From NCBI GenBank assembly GCA_028534125.1, contig CM052832.1, positions 7,132,001 through 7,196,000 on the forward strand: DNA of 64,000 bases, given 5' to 3'. This document shows, piece after piece, positions 50,473-62,725 of the stretch. The notes beneath the pieces are model-generated. The model made no database searches and was not told the origin of the DNA. It saw only the letters and a list, made by a program, of their open reading frames with translations. Position 1 is the stretch's first letter, and each line of letters starts with the position of its first letter. Source of the stretch: Lama glama (lineage: Eukaryota). The position numbers and the translations under genes were made by a program.

Positions 50473-51651
50473 AATAAATAAGGGCGAGGGAAAGAATGAA
50501 GAGGGAATCGGGGAGATAGGGAAGTGAGGAGGAAGAACTAACCGTAACGCAAGGCAGGTGCCCCCTCCTAGGGCTGAGATAGCAACTCGCCTGCGTGCAG
50601 GAGGATCCCAACGTGTTATCTCTTCCCAAACAAGATGGGATTCTGAACCAGGAGGCCACTTGCACATTATTAACCAGAATCCTTTCCAAGAAGCTAACAC
50701 TGTCCCAGGGCTTTTTCCCCTGCTCCCTCATAGCAACTCCTGAGGTCTGAGCCCTGAGCAATGACCCAAGGGCTGGAGGTACTCAAAGAAGTGTGGCTGC
50801 CATTGGCCTCACTGGCCACAGATACAGAGGCACGTGCTAGCCTGAAGCTTTGGTACCCACACCGCTCCAGACCTGCCCCCTGCTATAAAGCCAGTCTGCT
50901 CCAGAGGCATCAGCCGACACCCACCCTGGCTCTCGTCACTGGTCAATAAAGTGGTTTCAGAGAACCCTGTGCATAGAGTCGAGACATGGAAGGAGTTATT
51001 TCTTTTCCCTGAGGACAGTTTGTTCTTTTGCTAAACTACAGTTTGATTTTCTTTTATTATTGCCGATAAGTGGAGTGTGTTTTCTCATGATTAAACTCCT
51101 TCCTCCCCCCCATCTCCTCACTGCCTCTCTAGACTTTGGCTAAAAATAGGAGCTTCTTTGTTCTGTCTCCTCTGGGCAATAATTGGAAACATAAACTGGG
51201 AGAGACACCCTCGTGTCTCTCTGCATCTTCTGGCTGTTCCTCTGCAAGTAGGCAGAAACAAACAGGCTGCTTTGTTTGTGTTTTCTCTGAAGTCACAATT
51301 TCTTCCACTAAATGTTTACGCATTCCAGCATCTTGGGGACTTGAGGACCAGGGCTGATGGTATTTTAATATTCGTTTGAACATGTGCACATAATGTGCTT
51401 GTTTAATTGGAGTAACTAGTAGCCTTTTCATTCCAAGGCTGTTGCTGAAATTAAATCAGGGCTGTTATTTCTTTCAATGGACTAGCTGAAGAATTTTTAT
51501 TTTGAAAGTGAGTCCAGATTGACAGACACAAAGTTCAGCTCTGTAACAGGGGAGGAAGGGGCGAGGACTCTGAGCATCCGGGGGCCTTTGTGGAGAGCAC
51601 CCAGCCTCATTTAGTGCCCCCAGATTTCTGTCTGTCCATAATTACAATGCC

Positions 51652-51773
51652 CAGGGTGATGTGACTTACCACTCAAACCAGGACACTTGAGAATAAAACA
51701 GGGCTCCAATCCTGATTTCTGCAGGACAACAGTCCTAAACTGTCCCAGGTAAGCCAGGCATATGGTCTCGCCA
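51652..51773 (+). mobile_element. MER81-like hAT-Blackjack MITE
   Basis: 'cagggtga...caaaccaggacacttgaga...ggacaacag...actgtcccaggtaagccaggcatatggtc'. Confidence 0.7.
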
Positions 51774-51819
51774 CCTCACGTATGTATAACTCTGTACACG
51801 GGACATTGCCTGCTTGATC

Positions 51820-51960
51820 TCATCGGCCCCTCACCCTCAGCCGTGAAGGAGGGACCACTCCCATTGAACAGATGAAGCAACTGAGACTGCAAAGCTATGC
51901 CACTTGCCCCAGGCCCGCCAGACAGTGGATAGAACCACACTCAACCCCAACTCTTCTTCA
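51820..51960 (-). mobile_element. MIR SINE
   Basis: 'cccattgaacagatgaagcaactgagactgc...cacttgccccagg'. Confidence 0.7.
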
Positions 51961-54869
51961 GAGCCTTATCCTTCATCCGCTACACTGACCCACACTTCTT
52001 TTGGTCAGCCAGGAATGGCCACGGGGGTGAGTGGTAGCGTGCGACGGGGATGGCAGAACTGGAAGATGGATGGGAACTGAACGACAGCAGAAATCAAGAG
52101 CCGCACTAAGGAGCCGCAGGATGTCCCAGCCGGGAAGGCTGGCGGGCAGCAGGCTGGGATTCTGAAAGCAGCTAACTTTCTCCAGGGCTCTCAGAGACGG
52201 CTGCTCTGGTGTCCTGGCCCTGAGTCCCGCCCTGCAGGCGTGGATGTGGCTGAAACCAACTTCAGGGCTCCTGTGTGGCCCAAGGGGCTCTAATTATAAA
52301 GGCAAGGGCTATTGTGGCAGAATTTTCTGGAAGATAATTTTTGACAAACTCCTGGACTGAGAGGCCTGGCCATAAGGCAGCTGTGGGCTGTCACCACCAC
52401 CCTCTGTGTGTCACCCTCATCTGTGACTCATCTGCCAGGCAGCCCTGTTCCTCTCATGTCTACCTGTCATTTCTCTCCACCTCCTGTCTCTCCTCATCTT
52501 TCCCGTTTGGTGAAGGCAAACATCCTCTGCTCTGCTTAACTAATTCCCTCTGATATCAGCGTTTCTATCTTTACAATTTGGCGTCCCTGTGAAGTTTCCC
52601 TTTGTACATTTCCCTGTTCCTTGCTTCCCATCATTCAGGTATCATCACTCAATAACCATTCGACGGCAGTAATGCTTTTCATATGGAAAGAATTGGTTTT
52701 TTATTGATGGCAAATGTTGTGATGAACTTTCATGCCCACTTGGAGCTTTTTATTGGGTGAACCGCACTAAGATGTGGCTCCAAGAAATGTCTTTGGAGTG
52801 TGGACTGAGATGTACTTTTGGGAACAAGTCTTGTGTCCGAGGGTGGGGGAAGGAGGGCAGCCTTTCCCTTTATCAAAATCTCATCAATCAAAATGTGTAA
52901 TGGCAACATTATTAATAGGGTTGCATTGCACTTGGTATTTTTCCAAGCACTTCCCTGGAATCCTAAAATGAAGGCAGGGCACGCTGTATTATTTCCATGT
53001 TACAAGATAAGCAACACTGTAACAGGATTGACTGGTCCCATGACCAAGGAGTTAGTTGATAAGTGGGTCAGTGTCCCATGAAAAGGATACTTTTTAGTAG
53101 GTGTGAAAAGTCATCTTTGGGCACCTCTGAAGATCAGAAGTCCTTCCCAAGCTAAACTCTTATCAAGGTCCCCATTGCTTGATCAAAATATAAATGATGG
53201 CCACCATGTCCAGGCAGAGCGTTTTATCTCAATGCCGCCTGTGATGCAATGAAGCGTCCTAACATCTAGCCCAGATGCAGTGGGAAGTGAAAGATTATGG
53301 AGTAATACATGCCATTGGCATATGGTGTGGCAGAATGTGAACGCCATGTATTAACTGTCCCAGACTAGAGCCATTATCCACTGGAACTAAGAAGGGAATG
53401 GCAAGCACTGGATGATGGAGGTGGTGATGCAGTGTTTCTCATCCACATTGTCCAGTTTGGTGGTTTGGACTCCAGCCCACATCTGCACTACTCAGAAGCC
53501 AGCCCGAGTTGGGCCTTGGTAAAGTAAGTGAATAAGGGCACTAGACAGGAACTTGGAAACCACGTGGGGCTCCCACCATCACTGTTTCATTAACATAGAA
53601 GCTAAAGGCTCCGGGTTGTGAAGGGACTTGCCCTAGTTAGCAAGGCTGGTCAGTGTAGAGCAGTGCTAAGAACCCAGGACCCTGGTGGAGAATGTAGCTC
53701 TATCTTCACTCAGCCTCCCACATCGAACCAGAGGGTTTTTTAACTCAACCTGCCTGACTTTTCCTCTTCCCTCTTAACCCACTGGCTCTCCCTTATTACT
53801 CATCTGCAGCCAGTGCTCAGGTACTCACCAGTCCGAGTTAAGAAGAGGGTATTGTTCCACACATTTGGTTCCCTACTCTCATGTCTGTATCCTTCATTAC
53901 AAGGGAGCAAAGCTCCCTGACCAGCAGGTTGTACGAGAAGTACTTGAAGGCAGCATGCAACAGCAGGCAGGATGCTGCACCCCAACGAGTGCATGCTCAG
54001 TGACCCACTGCCATGGCCATGCCCTCGGGGATGTGCCCTGAGAGCTGGTCCCAGACGTGCTAGATCACCCAGGAAAGCACTGGGAGGAGAGACGCTTTTG
54101 ATTCTGGCACCTGCCTCCGTTATTCGTGGGTGTCCCTCACCAGGTCCGCAGCCTCGAGGCTTGTGTTACTAATTGGCTCATAATGTAACATCCGGACTCT
54201 CTGGAGCCCAGATCTTTGGTCCTTTCAGACCTAACCCTCCCAGGCTTGTGTTTCAAGGGATGTTTTCCTGCCTACCCTTTTGGCTTTCTCTCATTCTTGG
54301 TCTGCTTTCTCTGTTTTGCTTGGCCCATGAAATGTCATGTTTCATTCTAAGCCAACAAGCTGCTCCTGTATCAATTCAATTTCAGTCACAGAAGAGAGGG
54401 GCCGAGACCATGATGAGCTCCTACAGACTCCGAGATGGTAGGAAATTCTTCCCAAAGCATCCACCGCTAATTACCCATGCCATGTGCAGAGTTCTTCGTT
54501 TATATTTTGCTTGGCAAACAAAGCAACTTACAGGGACTTTTCCTCCTCAACTTCCCCCTTAGAAATCAACCATCTAGTGCTACTACCTTCACCACGGAGT
54601 TAAGGAGGAAGCCAAGGCCACCAGCTGGAGCAGTGCTGACTAATACGGCCCTGACTTAACGGCTGTTATGGTCTTTCAGCTGCTGGTCTCTGCCTGGCTC
54701 CATCTCACCCTCTGTCCGCCCAGCCTCCCTCAATCCACTTCTCCAGTCTGGTTCCCCTCAGGTTCCTCTGATGAGGATAACCTCGGGGTGGCTTCCTCGT
54801 ACACTCATGGCCATGGCTCATACATTGCAGGGGTCAAGAAAGAAGTACCGATTCTGGGCCAGACACCAC

Positions 54870-55045
54870 ACTAGGCACCGCATATGTCTTTTTGCACGTT
54901 GTACACATCATGTACATTCTCATGTAATCTGCACCATGCTCTTACGTGGGACATGTAAGAACTGAACTCCAAGAGGGTTAACAATTACCCAAGGTCCACG
55001 AAAGATTCAAATCACAGCCACCTAATTTCAAAGCCTGTGCACTCT
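54870..55045 (-). mobile_element. MIR SINE fragment
   Basis: 'aactgaactccaagagggttaacaattacccaaggtccac...gattcaaatc...tcaaagcctgtgcactct'. Confidence 0.65.
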
Positions 55046-55429
55046 CCAATATACCACCAGGTTTTCTCAGGGAAACAATTCCTGCAAGTGGCCCTTACCA
55101 AGCATAAGAACTTTTACCATCAGCCAGGTTTTCTCCTTCAGCTTTTTGTAGACAGTTCTTTTCCATCATATTGCTGAAACTTATAATCAGGGCTCTCTCT
55201 TCAGAATGTAGACCCAGTAACCGTTCTAGCATACACATTCCAACCAACAGATTCAGCTTGGGGTGGAATCACCAAACAGCGAGCCCTCCAACTTCAGCAA
55301 TGTCGCCCCAGAGCACAAGCTCTTCCCAGGTCTAGCCCCGAAAATGCATCTGTGGTTTCTACTTGTGCTCAGACATTCTGAGAGGCCCCAGGATCTCCAG
55401 AGGTCCTCTAAAGAGGCAGAGAGAAAAGG

Positions 55430-55625
55430 TCCGCCAAGCTGGCTCACACCAGCTCGTGGGAGCCAGCTGTGCCCATCAATTCTGAATTCTGGTTGTAGTG
55501 ACATCATACTGGTAGCTTGAACTTAGCTGGGGAGGGAAGCTTTATACCATGGAAATCTGCAAACTACATCCAAAGGTTTCTGTTTTTATTCTGGCGAGCC
55601 AGTGCTTAAATGTTTCCCAGCATTT
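55430..55625 (+). mobile_element. MER63A-like hAT-Blackjack MITE
   Basis: 'gctggctcacaccagctcgtgggagcc...agtgacatcatactggtagcttgaa...ataccatggaaatctgcaaac...gagccagtgcttaaatgtttcccagca'. Confidence 0.8.
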
Positions 55626-56127
55626 GGAAGTACAGGTATCGTAGTGAGAAACAGGAGAGTAGCCGTTTGACCTGGTGGGCTTGGAGAGGCTCCCACAAAT
55701 CTCCACCTACTCAAGACTCATTTGCTGCACTGTCCCTCCACCAACAAGGGCCATCCTCCCAGCCTGAGCCCCTTCTCAGGACTGGATGGCAGAGGCAAGG
55801 GCTCTCCCAGAAGGTCCTGGTTACCCCGCCCACCTGGGAACCTGCTCATGGGCTAGGCTTTCCCTCCCGCCCTCCCCTCAAAGGTGGTGGCCAGCATCCC
55901 TTTATCCCATGAAGAAACCACCACTTGGCAGCACAGGGAAGGCCAGCAAGCTCACAGGAGGACCCAGATCTATGCAGAGGAGGACAGTGTCTAAGTCTGA
56001 TGCTTTCTTACTCTCTGGATTCCTGGTTGAGGGGTAGGAGCGACAGGAGCAATTGGGGAAAGGAAGGAAGGGTTTTGCAGAGACAGGAAGCTGCAAACTA
56101 TAAAATTCCTGTGTTTGGGGATTTCAC

Positions 56128-56359
56128 TTTTTAAGATTAAATTTATTTTTATTGAAGTATAGTTGATTTGCAATGTTGTGTTAGTTTCGGATACAGAATA
56201 GTGATTCTGTTATATACATATATATTCTTTTTCAGATTCTTTTCCATTATAGGTTATTACAAGATATTGAATATAGTTCTCTGTGCTATACAGTAGGTCC
56301 TTGTTGTTTATCTATTTTATATATAGTACTGTGTATATGTTAACTCCGAACTCCTAATT
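56128..56359 (-). mobile_element. L1 3'UTR (cetartiodactyl/laurasiatherian type), 5'-truncated
   Basis: 'ttattgaagtatagttgattt...ttattacaagatattgaatatagttctctgtgctatacagtaggtccttgttg'. Confidence 0.9.
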
Positions 56360-56493
56360 ATAAAAGCTGCTGACAACTTTGGGAAGAAAACAAAGCTTTT
56401 GTTAGTGGCAAGGCCTGATGAAAAACCTGACAGTCTAAAGAAGAAAAACTGACAAGCACAGTTCCCCCCACAAGAACACTGGTAAATTACTTT

Positions 56494-56614
56494 GGGGTCG
56501 GGGGTTGGGGTGTAATTAAGTTTTTTAATTAATTTATTGAATGGAGCTACTGGTTATTGAACGCAGGACCTTGTGCATGCTAAGCATGCACTTTACCACT
56601 GAGCTATACCGTCC
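56494..56614 (-). mobile_element. Camelid Vic-1-like SINE
   Basis: 'gtaattaag...attgaacgcaggaccttgtgcatgctaagcatgcactttaccactgagctatacc'; 15-bp TSD ctggtaaa(t/g)tacttt at 56479-56493 and 56615-56629. Confidence 0.93.
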
Positions 56615-56719
56615 CTGGTAAAGTACTTTTGATTGAATGATTTTGCCTAAGGATAATTTCAGGTGTCATAGACACAGATTCTCTCCATGGAAAATGCACA
56701 GTGAGGGACCCTGTGTTGA

Positions 56720-56855
56720 CATCTGGGTTCTTTATAGAAACTTGGCCCAGTTGTTTAACCTCTCTGAACCTTTGTTACTTTTCCTGTAACATCATTATCT
56801 ACCATGCTTTGCAAACCTATTGCATTAAATAAGATCACGTATGTGAATGCAGTTT
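56720..56855 (+). mobile_element. MIR SINE fragment
   Basis: 'cttggcccagttgtttaacctctctgaacct...cattaaataagatcacgtatgtgaatgc'. Confidence 0.7.
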
Positions 56856-57012
56856 GTAGACTATAAAACACCGTAAAAACATAGTCTCTTTTTTAACCTC
56901 AGAGAAAGATTTGGAGAAAATAAACACCTCGATCTCCCTTTAGAAATATTAATAAAACTAGCAATGCTGCTAGTTATAAAAGTTTGATTCTTTCTACGCT
57001 GATTCTCCAAAG

Positions 57013-57234
57013 CAGCACTGTCCAATAGTACTTTCCACAATAATGTGAATATTCTCCACCTGCACCATCTAATGCAGTAGCCATTGGCCATATGTGACTA
57101 TTCAGCACTTGAAATATGGATAGTGTGACTGGAGAACTGTATTTTAAAATTTAAATCAATTTTCTTAATTTCATTTAGTTTTATTTAGATGTAAACAGTC
57201 ATGTGGCTGGAGGCTATTGTATTGGGCTGCATGG
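57013..57234 (+). mobile_element. MER3 hAT-Charlie MITE, full length
   Basis: 'cagcactgtccaatag...gtagccattggccatatgtgactattcagcacttgaaat...catgtggctggaggctattgtattgg'; 8-bp TSD ctccaaag/ctctaaag. Confidence 0.9.
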
Positions 57235-57449
57235 CTCTAAAGCATCATTTCTTCAAGTATATTTTGCAGAAAACCTCTTCTTGGTCCTAACCAGCTACCC
57301 TCGAAAAGCCTGGTGATGGACATCTTGTGGTTTTGAGTAAAGGAAAAGTGTGGAAAGGAGTGAAAACTGGAAGAGAAGGAAAGGAGAGGATGGCTTCCTT
57401 GCCTTGTGGCCATGCTGAGTCTGAAACAGCAAATGGCACCTACCCCTTT

Positions 57450-57630
57450 GGAATTCCAGTGTCCCTTATTTGCTGTGTGACCTTAGAAAAGATAATTAAC
57501 CTCTCTGAGCTTCGGTCTTTTAATTATAAAATAGGAATCAAAATGCCTACTTCACAGGCACAGATAGGATTCATAGGATTAATCAAAACAGACTAATGAT
57601 ACCAAGTGCCTAACACAGTGCCTCGTACAA
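57450..57630 (+). mobile_element. MIR SINE
   Basis: 'gctgtgtgaccttagaaaagataattaacctctctgagcttcgg...tataaaataggaat...aagtgcctaacacagtgcct'. Confidence 0.85.
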
Positions 57631-59409
57631 AGCAAGCTGTGAGCTAATTTTCCCTTCACTCCGGGAACATAAGGAGACGGGGCTGCAGCACATCATGTTT
57701 CTTGCCCTGGACCACATGGCTCCTGGGCTGCCTAGCCGTGAGTGGGGCATCACTCTGGCTGTGTGCGGCCTCAGAGCAGCCAGGCTGGCACACACCCAGC
57801 ACACACCCCAGCCTCCCGCCCTCCACTTGGGCCTCCTGAATGCCCTGACCTCACCCAGCACTTTGCTCTGAAGATCTCCGAGGGCTTCAAAGACTCCTCT
57901 TTGGATTCAATACAAACGATGTTCCTTCTGGGTGTGTACACAGGTGGGAAAAAGGCTAGAGGGTGGGGCCCAACAACCCCTCCAAATGAGGCCACAGCTC
58001 CCACTGCTTGGCCCTTGAGATTTCCCCACGCTGCCATTTTCCTGCTGTCGGTAGGAAAAATGCCAAGTCCAGTTCACCCCCACACAGGCTCTGGGGTGAA
58101 GGAAGCCCTGGGGGTCCGCTGGGAGGGTCTCACTCTAGCTAAAATGCAGCTGGTGGTGGCCCCACTTCTCAGCTTGGCAAGGGAAAATTTCCAGCAAACA
58201 GCTTAAAAACCATACTTTCCGCAGGATTACCCAAAAGCCAGCTCCATTTTTAATGATTCTGTCTCTGTAATCCTGCAAAATGCCCTAGAGATCAAATGGA
58301 GTCCAAATTTCACCTCTTAGATTCCCTCCCTCCCCGGGAAGCAGCAGCAAAATCCTTTGTTAGACGGCAAATCTCAGCGTTCAGAAGGCACAGTCGCCGC
58401 GTGTGCAGGGTGGCGTAGCCGCAGCTCCCCGCCCCAGGCTGGCTGGGACACTTGTTCTCAGGGCCCAGACAAGTATAGACGATGTCCAGAGACCCTGAGG
58501 CCCCCCCAGAAGGCAGTCTCAGCTCAGACAACCATTCATCCAGCCCAACCCAGGCACCAGACATAGGAGTGGAGACACCCCCAGCCTTCCAAGTCTTCCC
58601 AGCTGAGGCCGTTTGTTGAGAGTGGAGACGAGCCTGTTCCAATCCCTGACCTGCAGAACCTGTGAGCCTAATTTAATGTCGTCCTCTTGCACCGCTACAT
58701 TTTGGGATGACTGTTCAGAAATAGGTGACCGGGCCTGAGTACAATGTCCCATAGAACCGGGGAGTCTGGAAAACTGAATTCCACAGATTGAATGCCCTGA
58801 CTGTTGGGGTAGGGGGCTATGAAACTCCCAATGCGATCTGTTGATTAACAAAGAGGCGAAGTCGTACCTGAGTTAAGAGCTGTCTGGAGTAGAATTGGTG
58901 GGGGAGGGGACTCAGGCAGGATAAAGACATTTTATTTTTTACTGTATTATAATTCTGGACTCGGACCTCTAAAAATAATTTTTTTAATAAAAAAAAGAAA
59001 TTGGTAGAAGAACAAAGACATGTGATTTCAGTGGATGGCTTTATTCAAAGAGCTTCATGTTGAAATTAGCCAGTGTGGTAGGTGTTTTTGGTCTTGTTTT
59101 GATGTTTTGCTAGCATATTCGCTTCTGGTCAGTCCGTGTCCTTCGGGGTCATATGGAGCACTTTACTCTAGAATAAAAGCCAAAAGTGGCCATTTAGGGG
59201 TTGCAGTGTGGCTCTGGTGAAAAATTCTCTATGTCCTTAGAGGGATTCAGACGTCTATGGAGGAGGAGGAAGGAAATAAGGGTTCACCAAATGTTGCTTA
59301 AACTTGGGCAAATCGTGTTAACATGCCCTGGCTTCAGTTTGGTCGCTCGCAAATTGGATTCAGTGATTTCTAAGGTCCCTTTCCTAACATTTTGAAGAGA
59401 AAGAAGTTA

Positions 59410-59605
59410 ATATTTTTTAAGCGCTTACCCTGTGGCAAGCACCACGCCAGGCCCTCTATGTAGATTATTTTATTTACTCCTCAAAAAAAAAAAAAAAAAA
59501 AGAATCCGAAGGACCAGGGTCCTCATCTTGCCTATGAGGAAACTGAGGCCCAGAGTGGGATGGCAGTTTCAGTCCCTGGGAGGTCGAGGGATGGAATTCT
59601 AGAAT
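59410..59605 (-). mobile_element. MIR SINE containing a poly(A) run (59483-59501)
   Basis: 'aagcgcttaccctgtggcaagcacc...tttactcctca...atgaggaaactgaggcccagag'. Confidence 0.8.
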
Positions 59606-60349
59606 CTACATGGCCACCCTCAGGGGCACTCCCTCCCCTCTCTGCCCCCACAGTGGTTCCCACACCTTGTGCCCAGAGGCTTCGAGAGTCTGATTCTTCA
59701 GTCAGTTCTAATCCTCCGTAGTTCAGAGGGAAGGTTCTAACTACATTCCTTTGTACTGTCATCAGCTACTTAAAGTGGCAAGAAACAATAGCCCCTTTCT
59801 CTGCTTTCCTGGAAGGGTGGCTCTTGGACTCTGCTGAGTCTCTGAGTGACAACCGGGCAGCCGTTCCAGCCTGACTGCCCCCAGGTGCCCTGGGCGAGTC
59901 TGGAGGAATCTTGCCACCCAGCTCTTCTCTGCAGAACTGTTAAGTGGAAGAGCGTCAATCTTCCCCTGAACAAGAGTCCCTCAGCCCTGGGTTATCAGGC
60001 ATGCACTCGGTCCATCACAGGACTCAGGGAAGTGTCTAATGACCCTCTTTACGAAACACTAGGGGTTCATCCTTCCCAGCCAAACACACACCTTCTCCAT
60101 AACCAGGATGCCATTTATCCTTGTGTTTTGATGACAAGGGGGCTGCCTGTGCAGGACTCCTCGAGCCCCAGACCTCTTCTCACACACCTGCTACTGATGT
60201 GCAAATTCTGAAATAACCACCAAACGCTGACTAAGTCCCACCACAGTCGGCACTGAGAGGGGACCCTCAGAACTGTGAGATCTAAGGGCCTGACTGCCGA
60301 GTGGCTAAGATCGTATGCTTCAGAGCCGGACAGGTTGGGGTTCAGTAAG

Positions 60350-60737
60350 TGTGGCAAGGTAACGATAACATAAATCCTTCGCCTCTCCTCCTAGTAAGAG
60401 CTGCAGGTCTCCCCCTCCCCTTGACTCTGGACTGACCCCTGTGGCTGCCTTTGACCAACTGAACACGGCGGAAGTGACCCTGCCCACCTTCTCTTCCGAG
60501 GTAGACCTTAGAAGATGTACAACTTGTGCCTCTGAGAAGCCTGGGCTGTGGAAGAATTCTGGCCACCCTGGGACCACCGTGCCATGCCGCAAGGAAGCCC
60601 AAGCGAGCCCTGCAGAACTGCCCCGTGGAGCCCTGCCTGTGTTCCTCCCCGCCTGGAATCATAAGCAATAAAACAGCGCTTGTTCTAAACTAAGTTGTGG
60701 TGTCGTCTGTTAAGCAGAAACATAGGCAACAGAAACA
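60350..60737 (+). mobile_element. MLT1 (F/G/H-like) solo LTR
   Basis: TGTGG start; 'ccccttgactctggactgacccctgtggctgcctttgaccaa...gcggaagtgac', 'ggaagcccaagc', AATAAA at about 60667, end 'aacagaaaca'. Confidence 0.8.
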
Positions 60738-61621
60738 GAGCGCAAGAGGACTGGAGCATCGAACTCACAGCACAGGTAACACACGGCATCACTGAGCAGT
60801 TGGGTCAGAGTGGTAGGGAAGTCCTCCTGGGGGAGGGGACCTGAAAGTTTGCGGGAGGGGATGGAGTTGGATGAGTGCAGGGACAGGGTATGGGGAAGGG
60901 AAACTCGACAAGACCCAACCACTCCACGGGCCTCTGGGAAAGTGCCCTGCATTATTTCTACTGCAGCCAACCGACCCGGCAGCAGAGTGCAAACCCTTAA
61001 CTTGGGGCATCAGCCTGTGTCTGGCCCAGAGTCACCTGTTACAAATAGAAGATTTATCCAAAGTCACGTTTTCTCTCTCCAAATTCTTGGAACTTTGTAG
61101 AGCATTCCAGACTTTATTCATCTATATTTTAATATAAAAGCTGTTTGAAATTACCTACCAGTTAAATTCCTTAACTTCACCCTCCTCCAACCTGTTCAAG
61201 GAAAATAGACACTCCAGGAAGATGGGTCATGATGAGACCTGAGACCCTCTGTAGCCCCCAGGACACACGTGCACCCAGAGCAGGGTGTCAGCCCCACCAT
61301 CCCTCTGTGGTCAAACACTTGGCACTTTCCTTTCAGGATCTAGTCACACATCTTCAGCAGCCAAATGTGGCCTCTGGCTTCCCCACAACTGTCTCATTCC
61401 CAGCTTTAAGCTACCCCTAGGTTCACAGGGGACCCAACTCAGGAGAGACCCTGCTGGCTCCCTCCAGAGGCGGATTGAAAACTCAAGTCACCTGACACTC
61501 TAGGTCTGTCTCTGACCCACACTCCAGGTCAGCTCCCATAGAGGGTTTGGAAAGCAACCCCAGGTGATCCCCAGTCTTCCGAATGCACTCGAATGCTCCC
61601 CAAACTACTTTTTCTTAGACA

Positions 61622-61624
<3 letters not shown>

Positions 61625-61660
<36 letters not shown>
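61625..61660. repeat. (CA)18 microsatellite
   Basis: Counted directly. Confidence 0.98.
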
Positions 61661-61666
<6 letters not shown>

Positions 61667-62304
61667 GCCTGCGTAGAGTCATACGTTGACACTTGGAAGC
61701 AAAATAGAGGAAAGCTTTTATTATTGTTTGCCATTTGAAAATGATTACCCGGCGGGATGATGTGTATTGAAGGAGACAGCCTGCAGTTAGCATCCTGGGG
61801 AGAGCTCCCTTTCCAGACTTGGGTGAGCCTGCACCACCTCCCGGCTTCTCGAGCGGGGACTGCCCGGTGCCAGACTTGGATGCCTCCCAACACAAATTAG
61901 AGGAATAAACTGCCTCTGAGACGGGACACGGGACGCAGGAGAGTGAGAATGCTGAGAATTTTAAAGGGATCATCACCTCAGCAGGAGACCAGAAGTCAGC
62001 CCCAGAAAGCAGCTACCCCAACAGACTGTCGGTCGCTGGTCCTACTGTCAGTTTAGAAAGTCTTCGACTCTGGGGTGACCCTGTAATTCTAGACACCGTC
62101 TCTCCTGCACCTCCAACACCCACCCCCCCAATCCCAGCCCAGGGACTCTACCCCTTCCTACAAGAAATACACTCTCCCCTCTGTCCTTCCTGGAAACACA
62201 GCCGTGCCTTACTTCAAATTGCAAAACCCTAAAATGACACTTTGTAGGGACGCACGGCTCACCAGCTTGCATTCAAAAATGAACCTAGAGGTGGAGACGG
62301 GGGG

Positions 62305-62440
62305 GGGAAGGGCTTAAGGGATACAGGGGGGTCTGTCTGGGGTGATGAGAATGAATGCCCTAAATGCCGCTAAACTGTTCACTTTAAAAATGGTTAATTT
62401 TATACTCTGTGAATTTCACCTCAATTTTTACAAAAAGAAA
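62305..62440 (+). mobile_element. L1MB-like 3' end
   Basis: 'tggggtgatgag...ctaaatgccgctaaactgttcactttaaaaatggttaattttatactctgtgaatttcacctcaat'. Confidence 0.85.
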
Positions 62441-62649
62441 GGATTTCTCAAGAAGGAGGAAACCCATCTAGAATCCTGTCAACCAACCCACATTTGACTC
62501 TGGTCCTCCATCTCCTGACTTGCTCATGGGAGGGGGTGGGGAAGGACCCAAGCTGACACTGTACAATTGTTCCAGTTCTTAGCAGGATGAGGACTTCAGA
62601 CCATCCCATACAGAGAGAAAACAAGACCAGCAAGCTGCCCAGTAGGCTA

Positions 62650-62725
62650 AAATTAACTGACCCTCCACGATCTAGATTTGGCAAGTCACTGAACTCTCTG
62701 TTCCTCCTCTGTGAGCTCCAACCTG
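62650..62725 (+). mobile_element. MIR fragment
   Basis: 'ggcaagtcactgaactctctgttcctcctctgtga'. Confidence 0.5.

Noticed and set aside
53260..53530. Possible ERV integrase remnant (minus-strand DNG motif) or exon ending at the donor-like aaa|gtaagt
   Set aside because: Similarity too short and frame-inconsistent to support either call without a search
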